Shown: positions 1-7,383 of the stretch, in pieces
How positions within the stretch are numbered: the first letter of the stretch is position 1
Layout: every line of letters begins with the position of its first letter
IMG/VR virus record: IMGVR_UViG_3300037756_000030
Location: 1-43,195 of that record
Source: a virus
Taxonomy: Duplodnaviria; Caudoviricetes
Length of the DNA: 43,195 nucleotides
Reading direction: 5' to 3' (one strand)
Notes under the pieces: model-generated
Told to the model about the DNA's origin: nothing
What the model saw: the letters and a program-made list of their open reading frames with translations, nothing else
Database searches by the model: none
Made by a program: the position numbers and the translations under genes

Positions 1-156
1 TGCAGAGACTTCAAAGCGCCTGGTCTCGCATCCCATCCGAGATTGAAAGCGTCGCGTGGGGAGCCCTTGCCGGAAACCCTTGGATTGAGGGTGTCCCCAG
101 AGCTTTGCGAGTGGCTTCAGGGCCTGCCAAAGAATTGGACCGTAGGCAGCGAATAG
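1..156 (+). CDS. Overlapping-frame C5 MTase small subunit (motif IX-type), partial
   Basis: Frame 1 reads CRDFKAPG...LRVSPELCEWLQGLPKNWTVGSE*, matching the P...EWLMG.P..WT motif IX pattern. Confidence 0.6.
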   Translation, partial: CRDFKAPGLASHPRLKASRGEPLPETLGLRVSPELCEWLQGLPKNWTVGSE

Positions 157-257
157 AGGCCATCGGCGACGCCAATCCACCGATCATGGCCACCGTCATA
201 GCCAGAGCGATACTCTCTCTCCCATCACATCAAGCGGATGGAGGCGCACATGACTGA
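3..257 (+). CDS. C5 cytosine DNA methyltransferase, C-terminal fragment (motif X frame; 5' truncated by window)
   Basis: My translation of frame 3: ...RALRVASGPAKELDRRQRIEAIGDANPPIMATVIARAIL..., resembling the phage C5-MTase C-terminus (RV.DG...DR.R..A.GNA..P..A..I..AI). Not in the ORF track because the start lies outside the window. Confidence 0.7.
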   Translation, partial: QRLQSAWSRIPSEIESVAWGALAGNPWIEGVPRALRVASGPAKELDRRQRIEAIGDANPPIMATVIARAILSLPSHQADGGAHD

Positions 258-531
258 GAAGAACTACGACAGACTCATCCGCTGGCTGTTTGATGCAGGT
301 CATCATCATGCGGCGGAATCGTTCAACAAGTTGCTCGAAGAAAATACCGCGCTGATCGGGGCAGCGGAGATCGCCTATTCCGAGATGGCATTCGCTGTTC
401 AGGACATCGCAGATCCGCGCCGACGCGAAGACGATTTGTCGTGGTCCGAAATGCGAGGCGCAAAGCTCGCGAAAGCCGCCGACCTGCTCTACTCCATCCT
501 CTCCTCTACGAAGGGAGGCGTCAATGTCTAA
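250..531 (+). CDS. hypothetical early phage protein
   Basis: GGAGG at 240-244, ATG at 250, overlaps the upstream stop. Confidence 0.7.
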   Translation: MTEKNYDRLIRWLFDAGHHHAAESFNKLLEENTALIGAAEIAYSEMAFAVQDIADPRRREDDLSWSEMRGAKLAKAADLLYSILSSTKGGVNV

Positions 532-736
532 GCTCAAACCCGGAGATCGCATCGAAACGAATGCAGCTTTCGCCAGGATGTTCCCGCGGGACAGAATCCT
601 CCCCAAGACCGGCGTCATCGTAGCGCCGCATCCGTTCACAGACAGGCGTTTCAAGGTCTTATTGGACGGCCGGAAACAGCCTGAAATGATCCACGTGTCG
701 TTTCTCGAACTTTCTGAGGGAGGCGTCAATGGCTGA
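524..736 (+). CDS. small hypothetical protein (SH3/KOW-like appearance)
   Basis: GGAGG RBS, coupled overlap; LKPGDRI...TGVIV...FKVLLDG. Confidence 0.65.
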   Translation: MSKLKPGDRIETNAAFARMFPRDRILPKTGVIVAPHPFTDRRFKVLLDGRKQPEMIHVSFLELSEGGVNG

Positions 737-1010
737 GATCGTTCAACTGACGCCCGACACCGGCTTCAAGTGCACCGGCCCCAGCGGAGAGCTGCCGCAT
801 GGTAGCACAAACGTTTGGGGGAAGTCGCTCTTTTCCGGAAGCAAGGTGCATTTCTGGCTCCGCAACAAGTACGGCTATGACAGCCTCTGCAAGAGCGTAG
901 AGGCCCCGGCGTTCCTCCACAATGGCCAGTGCCCGCTATTTGCACCCGGAAACTTCACAAAATGCAAGAAGTGCATGAATCTCCTGAGAAAAGGAGGCGT
1001 CAATGGCTGA
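729..1010 (+). CDS. hypothetical Cys-containing protein
   Basis: GGAGG RBS; CKKC near C-terminus; flanked by 21-bp direct repeats. Confidence 0.65.
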   Translation: MAEIVQLTPDTGFKCTGPSGELPHGSTNVWGKSLFSGSKVHFWLRNKYGYDSLCKSVEAPAFLHNGQCPLFAPGNFTKCKKCMNLLRKGGVNG

Positions 1011-2133
1011 GATAGGGCAGGGGCACAATAGCGCCGTCGTGATCCCAATGGAACGCGCGACTGCGCCGGCCAAACAGGAATACACCGAAGCGATCCACCA
1101 CTGGTGCCAGTCTCGCAACGCCGCCGACGCCTTGTCGAAGGAAGAGATCGGCGCGATGCAGGCGTTCGATCGGATCGACGCGCAACGCAAGGCGCTCATT
1201 CTCGGCTTGGCGCAGTACCTTCGAGAGCATCAGAGGTCAGACGTGGCGCTTGGCGTCTACACGGTCTTGATGTTCCTTTCCGACAATAACGAAGGCGCTT
1301 CGCAGATATCACAGGATATGCTCGCCAAGCTGTTTGGGCGATCGCGGACGGCGATTTACCAAGCGCAATCCAGGCTCAAAGAAGGCGGCCTTATTGTCAC
1401 CGGTCGTGGTCGATTTGCCAAGACATATCCTGTGATCCCGCGTGCTGTCGCGGACGGCTACAATCACATCGTTTGGACGATCAGCGCAATCTGTGAAGAT
1501 AACACCAATTGCAAAGTCTCCGCAAGCAATTGCGAATTGCTAAGCCAGCCTGAGCAATTGAAAGAATTGCCAAGTGGGCCTGAGCAATTGACCTCGCTCA
1601 ATTGCCAAGTCGAGACCGTTTCAATTGCTAAGGCCCACGCTACCCAACTTCACTATAAGAATTCTACTATTGTTGATAGGGCGGCGAAGGTTGTGGCGAC
1701 AGGACTTGCAACCGCGCTTGGAGCGCTACCTGTCGCGGCGCAAACCTACGAACCGCCGGGCATTCTGCAACCCGACAAGCCAGCCGGGGAGAAGCTTGCC
1801 GACAAGCTGTTCGATGCAGCCGGTGTGGCCATGAACCGAACGAAACCGATGCTCGAATTCATGGAGGTACCGCGTCGGTGGATTGAGGCTGGCTGCGATC
1901 TGGATCTGGACATCCTGCCTATCGTCAGATCGCTAGCCTCCCGAAAACCTCCCAACAGCATCAGTTCATGGAAGTTCTTCGAGCAGGCCGTTGCCGATGC
2001 CAAGGCAGCCCGCATGGCTCCGATGCCGGAGGGTCGAGCGCCGCCTGGACCACGATCGGAAGCCCGCGAATGGCACAAAAAGCAAGACGCAGCAAGGACA
2101 TTCATATTGAGAAGGGAAACCGTAGATGGGTGA
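1003..2133 (+). CDS. phage replication initiator (lambda O-like, winged HTH)
   Basis: HTH-like ISQDMLAKLFGRSRTAIYQAQSRLKEGGLI; internal iteron array; C-terminal ISSWKFFEQAV domain. Confidence 0.7.
   Translation: MAEIGQGHNSAVVIPMERATAPAKQEYTEAIHHWCQSRNAADALSKEEIGAMQAFDRIDAQRKALILGLAQYLREHQRSDVALGVYTVLMFLSDNNEGASQISQDMLAKLFGRSRTAIYQAQSRLKEGGLIVTGRGRFAKTYPVIPRAVADGYNHIVWTISAICEDNTNCKVSASNCELLSQPEQLKELPSGPEQLTSLNCQVETVSIAKAHATQLHYKNSTIVDRAAKVVATGLATALGALPVAAQTYEPPGILQPDKPAGEKLADKLFDAAGVAMNRTKPMLEFMEVPRRWIEAGCDLDLDILPIVRSLASRKPPNSISSWKFFEQAVADAKAARMAPMPEGRAPPGPRSEAREWHKKQDAARTFILRRETVDG
1505..1680. promoter_or_regulatory. probable replication origin (iterons plus AT-rich tract)
   Basis: About 8 AATTG cores, several as palindromic CAATTG; 30-bp near-tandem repeat at 1534/1564; AT-rich 1651-1680. 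Confidence 0.7.
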
Positions 2134-2767
2134 CGTGAGTGAGTATTTCATCAAACCTATGATGAGACATTTCAACCTGCCGAAGGGTGCGGCTGACGAT
2201 CCTGAAGGATGGTTGCGGGACTACGAGGAAAGCCTCGGAAGCTTTGGTGACGACGTGCTGAGACTTGCGGCGAAAATCACCCGTGAGAGACCGGCGGCAA
2301 CCAGGACGTTTCCGATAATCGACGACTGCAATGCAGCGTGCAAGCAGGCGTTTGACGAGATTCACTACAGCCACTTGCGCGGCGATCGTCCGAACAACCG
2401 CAACGATGATCAGGCATTCTACGACAAATACCCCGAGTGGAGCGAACTCCGTCGGCAGCAAGCCTATTCGCTGATGCGCGGCGAGATGGGCATGGAAGCG
2501 GCAGAGGATCTGTGGGTGTGTGCGCTTTTCGACTTCTGCCGTGTCAATCGAAGGTTGCCGGACAGATACGAGAAAGAAAACGTTGTAAAAGTTGGTGCAA
2601 AAACCTTGGATGTTATTGGACTTTCTGGGGCGGACGCCAGTATACTTAAAAGTATGACGAAATTGAGCAGCCAGTTTCTGAGAGATTTCTTCAGGCGTCA
2701 TGATGCGATATGCAAGAAAATCGGGGCAGAACAGCATTTGCTTATGGCGAAGACAAACTTGGGATGA
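2126..2767 (+). CDS. hypothetical protein, putative replication accessory/helicase loader
   Basis: Overlaps the initiator gene; position and a TFP.I motif like lambda P/G39P-type loaders (inference). Confidence 0.5.
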   Translation: MGDVSEYFIKPMMRHFNLPKGAADDPEGWLRDYEESLGSFGDDVLRLAAKITRERPAATRTFPIIDDCNAACKQAFDEIHYSHLRGDRPNNRNDDQAFYDKYPEWSELRRQQAYSLMRGEMGMEAAEDLWVCALFDFCRVNRRLPDRYEKENVVKVGAKTLDVIGLSGADASILKSMTKLSSQFLRDFFRRHDAICKKIGAEQHLLMAKTNLG

Positions 2768-2773
2768 AGCCGC

Positions 2774-2938
2774 ATGACCCCTAGCTACCAAGAAAACATC
2801 CAGCCCCTGACGCCTGGCGAGGAGAAAATCCTTTGCCGGATCATGGGGGCGATCCACGCGGCAATGGAGCGGAAACACGGCCCCACCTTGATCAACAGGC
2901 ACAGGGCGCGGATGCGGGAAGAAGGGAAAATCAGATGA
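2774..2938 (+). CDS. small hypothetical protein (54 aa, below ORF-track cutoff)
   Basis: MTPSYQENIQPLTPGEEKILCRIMGAIHAAMERKHG...; ATGA overlap with the next gene. Confidence 0.55.
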   Translation: MTPSYQENIQPLTPGEEKILCRIMGAIHAAMERKHGPTLINRHRARMREEGKIR

Positions 2939-3153
2939 GCAATTTTGACATCACGATAGACTGGCGTAAGCCATCACCGTCAACAATCGGGATGACCAAG
3001 CGGCCGGCAACTTTTGCAACATCCCGGCTTTACGACCTTATCGACGGAATGATCAACCAGGCGAACAGTCACGGCGAGGCGGAAGTCACGATCCGTTTGG
3101 CACTCAACCCTGAAACTGGCACTCAAACAGACAATTCTGGCACTGAAACATAG
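2935..3153 (+). CDS. hypothetical protein
   Basis: ATG at 2935 coupled to the upstream stop. Confidence 0.55.
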   Translation: MSNFDITIDWRKPSPSTIGMTKRPATFATSRLYDLIDGMINQANSHGEAEVTIRLALNPETGTQTDNSGTET

Positions 3154-3170
3154 TTTTTGGCACTGAAAAA
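3096..3170. repeat. four direct repeats TGGCACT(C/G)AA spaced 19-21 bp, directly upstream of tnpB
   Basis: Copies start at 3098, 3117, 3138 and 3158. Confidence 0.92.
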
Positions 3171-3173
3171 ACG

Positions 3174-4256
3174 ATGCAGGTTCTAACGTACAAATTCCGT
3201 CTTCGCGACAAGCATGCCGCCGAACTCAATCGGCAGGCGCGGGCGGTTTCGTATGTCTGGAACTATTGTAATGAGACGCAGCAGAAAGCTGTGCTGTCTG
3301 GACGCAAGTGGCTGACGTGGGTGGACCTCAAAAAGCTTACCGCCAGCACGTCGAAGCTGCTTAATCTGCATTCCCATACGATCCAGCAGGTTTGTATCCA
3401 GTACGACCGTTCCCGTTCCGGGAAGCGCAAGCCGTGGCTGCGATGGCGCGGTCGCAAGTCATTGGGCTGGGTGCCCTTCTGCACAGGTCATGTAAGTTTC
3501 GATGGTGAGACGTTCAAATTCCGTGGCATCAGATACGAAACGATGCATCTGCGCGACCTGCCGGTCGGCGTGAAGATCGCTGCAGGATCGTTCAATCAGG
3601 ACAGCAAGGGCCGCTGGTACATCAATGTCCCGGTCGAAGTGGCCACCGCAGATCACGCGCCACTCACCCGGGTCGGCATCGATCTCGGCCTGAAAGATCT
3701 CGCCACGCTGAGCGACGGCCGCAAGATCGAAACACCGCGCTTCTACCGCAAATCCGAGGCAGCGCTCGCAACCGCGCAGCGCGCCCGCAAGTCGAAGCGC
3801 GTTCGCTACATCCACGCGAAGATCGCGAACCGCCGCAAAGATTTCATGCACAAGCTGAGCGCTAGGCTCAGCAAGGAATACGGGCTGATCGTCATCGGTG
3901 ATGTAAGCCCGTCGAAACTGGCTCAGACCAGGATGGCGAAGAGTGTGCTCGACGCCGGCTGGTCGGATCTCAGGGGTAAGCTGGCGTACAAGTCCATTAG
4001 GAATGGCGGCAGCACCCTTGAGGTTTCCGAGCGCATGACTACCCGAACTTGCTCTGCTTGCGGATCAATCCCGGAGCGGTGGCCGAAAGGTATCGCAAGT
4101 CTCGGAATCAGGGAGTGGACGTGTGCCTGTGGTGCATCTCACGATCGCGACGTGAATGCTGCGCGTAACATTCTCCGTCTCGGGCTGGAGACGCTTGTTG
4201 AAGGAACCCCGTATTGCGTAACGGGAGCAGCCAATGCCAAAAGCGAGGACGCATGA
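3174..4256 (+). CDS. tnpB: RNA-guided endonuclease TnpB (IS200/IS605 superfamily), rearranged RuvC-II type, no tnpA
   Basis: YKFRL N-terminus, VWNY, RuvC-I GIDLGLK, NRRKDFMHKLS, Zn finger CSACG...WTCACG, RuvC-III HDRDVNAARNI; canonical RuvC-II E is G (VIGDV), alternative E in VSERMTT. Confidence 0.95.
   Translation: MQVLTYKFRLRDKHAAELNRQARAVSYVWNYCNETQQKAVLSGRKWLTWVDLKKLTASTSKLLNLHSHTIQQVCIQYDRSRSGKRKPWLRWRGRKSLGWVPFCTGHVSFDGETFKFRGIRYETMHLRDLPVGVKIAAGSFNQDSKGRWYINVPVEVATADHAPLTRVGIDLGLKDLATLSDGRKIETPRFYRKSEAALATAQRARKSKRVRYIHAKIANRRKDFMHKLSARLSKEYGLIVIGDVSPSKLAQTRMAKSVLDAGWSDLRGKLAYKSIRNGGSTLEVSERMTTRTCSACGSIPERWPKGIASLGIREWTCACGASHDRDVNAARNILRLGLETLVEGTPYCVTGAANAKSEDA
4100..4252 (+). ncRNA. 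putative TnpB omegaRNA (scaffold overlapping tnpB 3' end; guide from ~4235); 5' boundary approximate
   Basis: GGAACCCCGT-loop-ACGGG-AGCAGCCAA (4203-4234) resembles the IS605-type right-end hairpin plus terminal tetranucleotide; omegaRNAs are known to overlap tnpB 3' ends. Confidence 0.55.
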
Positions 4257-6043
4257 GCAATCAGGAATTTTTCGAGAAAGTCGGAACGTCTGCACCGCGA
4301 TATGATGGTGGTCGCCAAGGCGTCGAAATGTCTGCACAGTCACAGCCGTGCCCGCCAGACGAACCGCACCGTGGGCCTTCCCCGACCACGGGCGCAAAGC
4401 GCTGGGCGGCGAACCATGATACGTTCTGGGGTGCGACGCAAACCTATGATCAGCTTCCCGCCGGTCTCTACCGTTGCGGCGAAGCGCCGAACGTCGGACC
4501 AACTCTGCACCGCATCCAGGTTGAAACAGATAATCTGCTCACGCTTCCGGATGACGACAGCACCGAAATCATAGCAGAATTCAAGCGGTTTTGGGAAGTG
4601 GAAGACGAGTTCCGCAAGCGCGGTTTTCTGATGAAGCGCGGTTTTCTGCTATGGGGACCGCCCGGCTCCGGCAAGACATCGACGATCCAACTGCTGATCA
4701 AGGAGCTGATTGAGCACAATAACGGAATTGTCCTGCTTGTCGAGCACCCGCATCTGGCGGCGGTGTGCCTGCAAATGGTCCGGCAAATCGAGCCGAAACG
4801 CCCGATCATCGCCGTGATGGAGGACGTTGACGCGCTCATTGAGCGGTTCGGAGAAAACCAGTATCTCGCATTGCTGGACGGCGAAGCGCAAGTCGATAAC
4901 ATTACATTCGTTGCATGTCCCGCGCCAGAAACACTCATTCTGAAAGCAGACCTAACATGGGTGAGAGCGGATACACTAGTCGAAGGTGATGAAATCATCG
5001 GTTTCGATGATGACATTCCAAACCGTAAGTACCGCACGGCAAAAGTGGTGTCCTGTCCGATTGTTGAATGCCCGAAGCGTTACAAGGTCACCTGCGACGA
5101 TGGTACGGTAGTGGTTGTCAGCGAGAATCATCCGTTTCTGATCAGACTCGGGAACCGTCCCTTTGAATGGAGAAAAGTTCAAGATCTAAACGTTGGCAAC
5201 CGGATCACGACCATAGGCCACCCTTGGTCCACCGATGAAACGCGAGAGGGCGGGTATCTTGCGGGTCAGTTTGATGGCGAAGGTCATATAGGGATTTCCT
5301 ACAATTCTGCCACGAAAAGTCGTGGATTCCATGTTGGCTGGGTTCAGGCCAGCGGAGAAATCGTCGAACGTGTCCAGTGTCTGATTGAGGAGAAGGGGTT
5401 CTCGGTCTCCCGTTATGAGAGAGAACCTACCGGAGCCTCTGAAGATGGAACCCCACACAAGCATCAGACGAGCTTGCGCGTAGGTGGCGGCAAGTGGGAA
5501 ACGCTTAGGTTTATAGGATCAATTCGTCCGTACAGGCTGCTAGCTAATCCGAAGTTAAGGCAGGGATGGGAGGATTGCAGGCTATGTTGCAATGTCACCG
5601 AGGTTGTGTCTCTCGAAGAGATTGGACGCGGCCCCGTGGTTGCATTGGAAACAACTACAGGAACCTTTATCGGTGAGGGTCTTCTGCAGCACAATTCGAC
5701 CAACTACCCGGAGCGGCTGGACAAGCGCTTCGTTGACCGGCCGTCCCGCTTCGACACCGTGCGCTATATCGGCATGCCTTCAGCGGAGGCGCGCGAAGTC
5801 TACCTGAAGACGAAGGAACCGAGCCTTGAAGGCGGCGAGCTCGCCGAATGGGTCAAGGCTAGCGAGGGCTTCTCCGTCGCTCACCTGAAGGAAATGATCA
5901 TCGCGGTCAAGTGCTTCGGGCAAACGCTTTCCGAGGTTGCCGAGCGCCTGGAAGCCATGCACAGCCGGAGGCCAACGAGCGCTGATGCGCCAGACCGGGC
6001 GACTGTGGGATTTGCGGCGCAGCTTGGACGCAGGATCGCATAA
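4253..6043 (+). CDS. AAA+ ATPase containing an intein
   Basis: Walker A GPPGSGKT, Walker B VMEDVD, sensor-1/SRH STNYPERLD...DRPSRFD; ATG at 4253 overlaps the tnpB stop. Confidence 0.9.
   Translation: MSNQEFFEKVGTSAPRYDGGRQGVEMSAQSQPCPPDEPHRGPSPTTGAKRWAANHDTFWGATQTYDQLPAGLYRCGEAPNVGPTLHRIQVETDNLLTLPDDDSTEIIAEFKRFWEVEDEFRKRGFLMKRGFLLWGPPGSGKTSTIQLLIKELIEHNNGIVLLVEHPHLAAVCLQMVRQIEPKRPIIAVMEDVDALIERFGENQYLALLDGEAQVDNITFVACPAPETLILKADLTWVRADTLVEGDEIIGFDDDIPNRKYRTAKVVSCPIVECPKRYKVTCDDGTVVVVSENHPFLIRLGNRPFEWRKVQDLNVGNRITTIGHPWSTDETREGGYLAGQFDGEGHIGISYNSATKSRGFHVGWVQASGEIVERVQCLIEEKGFSVSRYEREPTGASEDGTPHKHQTSLRVGGGKWETLRFIGSIRPYRLLANPKLRQGWEDCRLCCNVTEVVSLEEIGRGPVVALETTTGTFIGEGLLQHNSTNYPERLDKRFVDRPSRFDTVRYIGMPSAEAREVYLKTKEPSLEGGELAEWVKASEGFSVAHLKEMIIAVKCFGQTLSEVAERLEAMHSRRPTSADAPDRATVGFAAQLGRRIA
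4916..5695 (+). mobile_element. intein (260 aa) with LAGLIDADG-type motif
   Basis: Starts CPAPETLIL, block B VSENHPF, YLAGQFDGEGHI, ends GLLQHN followed by Ser +1; removal restores TFVA-STNYPERLD. Confidence 0.92.
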
Positions 6044-6095
6044 CTTGCGCATAGAGCGCCAGATAGTTGCGCATTGCGCATAGGGAAAATGGAAC

Positions 6096-6554
6096 ATGAC
6101 TTGTATCGCATTTGACGGACGTTTCGTGGCATCGGACATGCTTTGCAAATTTGGAGGCTACCGGGGACCGCTGCCGGTTGTGAAAATACGCGAGCATAAC
6201 GGCATCGTCTACGGCCTGACAGGCTATCCCGCGTGGTTCGATGCGTGGATCGACTGGCACCAGAAAGGCGCTGACCCGAACAACACGCCAAAGTGCACAT
6301 TTGCTGGTGACAATACAGGTAATTTCCTTGTTTTTCAAGAAGGTAAGGCGTTTGTGTGCTATTATCAGCTACCTTATTTGCAAGAAGCCGGAGCGCCTGA
6401 CGCTTGGGGCAGCGGAGCGGAATTCGCCATCGGAGCGATGAAAGCCGGGGCGAGCGCAAGGCAAGCAGTCGAGATCACCATCGAATGCAATCCCGACTGC
6501 GGCGGCCCTGTTCAGGTCATAGACCTGCAAAGCCTGAAAGCGAAGGCAGCATGA
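6096..6554 (+). CDS. Ntn-hydrolase, HslV/proteasome beta-subunit-like peptidase
   Basis: N-terminal M-T-CIAFDG...ASD, VKI, GSG.EFAIGAM..GAS..QAVE..I...P.CGGPV pattern. Confidence 0.75.
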   Translation: MTCIAFDGRFVASDMLCKFGGYRGPLPVVKIREHNGIVYGLTGYPAWFDAWIDWHQKGADPNNTPKCTFAGDNTGNFLVFQEGKAFVCYYQLPYLQEAGAPDAWGSGAEFAIGAMKAGASARQAVEITIECNPDCGGPVQVIDLQSLKAKAA

Positions 6555-6868
6555 GCACATCTGAACAAAAAGCCAGAGACATCATGGACGAGGCGTGTCT
6601 GCCTCAGAGCTTTCACGACAACGGCGTTTATTCTGCCTGCGTCTCCGCCATCGCTAAAGCGATAGACGATGAACGGGAGGCATGCATTCAAATCGCTGTC
6701 GCCGTTCAAGACGAGTGCTCCGACGAAATGAACCGCATGTTTGCTGAGAACAAGCCCGGTGCGGCGGAGGTTCATAGATGTCGCTTGGAAGGTGCCGCGC
6801 GCGTGGTTCAGAAGCTAGACGCCGCCGCGATAAGGAACAACGAGATCGATCTGGCTGAGAAGGAATAA
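6551..6868 (+). CDS. hypothetical protein
   Basis: ATGA coupling at 6551; EREAC..IA phage motif. Confidence 0.6.
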   Translation: MSTSEQKARDIMDEACLPQSFHDNGVYSACVSAIAKAIDDEREACIQIAVAVQDECSDEMNRMFAENKPGAAEVHRCRLEGAARVVQKLDAAAIRNNEIDLAEKE

Positions 6869-6872
6869 TCCA

Positions 6873-7097
6873 ATGCATCTCATGCACACCGGCGAATGGC
6901 GCTTTGAAAAGAACGATCTGGTCATCACGTTGCGCAGCGAATACGGCGGCGATGACAACGACGGCGACTATTACGCGGCAGATACCGAATGGCGCATACC
7001 GCTTGCGGAACTTGCCGAGGCGCTGCGCAAGGCCACTCAGGACGCCGTACAGCGGGCTGAAGCCTCCGGGGCTACCATCGACACTAAATCAGACTAA
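6873..7097 (+). CDS. hypothetical protein
   Basis: AAGGA RBS, ORF in operon. Confidence 0.55.
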   Translation: MHLMHTGEWRFEKNDLVITLRSEYGGDDNDGDYYAADTEWRIPLAELAEALRKATQDAVQRAEASGATIDTKSD

Positions 7098-7158
7098 CCT
7101 GGCGTCACGGCGCAACGTCGCAGGTTTGAGAGCATAAATCCGAGGGGATAGAAGCAGA

Positions 7159-7383
7159 ATGAGCGCGCTGGCTACCGAATGCTACGACTGCGGCTTACCT
7201 TACGCAAGCGCCCGTTTCGAAGATTTGCTGCTTGCCGACGACATATGGAAAGAGATTTCTCCGGATGAAAACGGCAACGGCTTGCTATGCCCGAACTGCA
7301 TAATTGGTCGATTGAATATTTCAGGACTTCACGATCCGACGGCGCGATTTGTGAGCGGTCCACTAGCGGGGAAATCTGAATGA
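7159..7383 (+). CDS. small Zn-finger-like protein
   Basis: CYDC...LLCPNC. Confidence 0.6.
   Translation: MSALATECYDCGLPYASARFEDLLLADDIWKEISPDENGNGLLCPNCIIGRLNISGLHDPTARFVSGPLAGKSE

Larger units (their letters stand above)
514..1013 (+). repeat. Gene-junction direct repeats GGAGGCGTCAATG(GCTGAGAT), 3 copies
   Basis: 13-bp copy at 514-526; identical 21-bp copies at 719-739 and 993-1013. Confidence 0.9.

Noticed and set aside
1565-1612. TGCCAA in origin iterons as TnpB targets
   Set aside because: Only 6-nt matches and not preceded by TT(G/C)AG; likely coincidence.
3096-3170. TGGCACT repeats as a mini CRISPR array for a Cas12f-like protein
   Set aside because: Repeat units are only ~10 bp with ~10-bp spacers, far too short; no cas genes. 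Better read as binding sites.
3174-4256. TnpB as a nuclease-dead TldR
   Set aside because: RuvC-I and RuvC-III aspartates are intact and an alternative RuvC-II glutamate is present, so inactivity is not supported.
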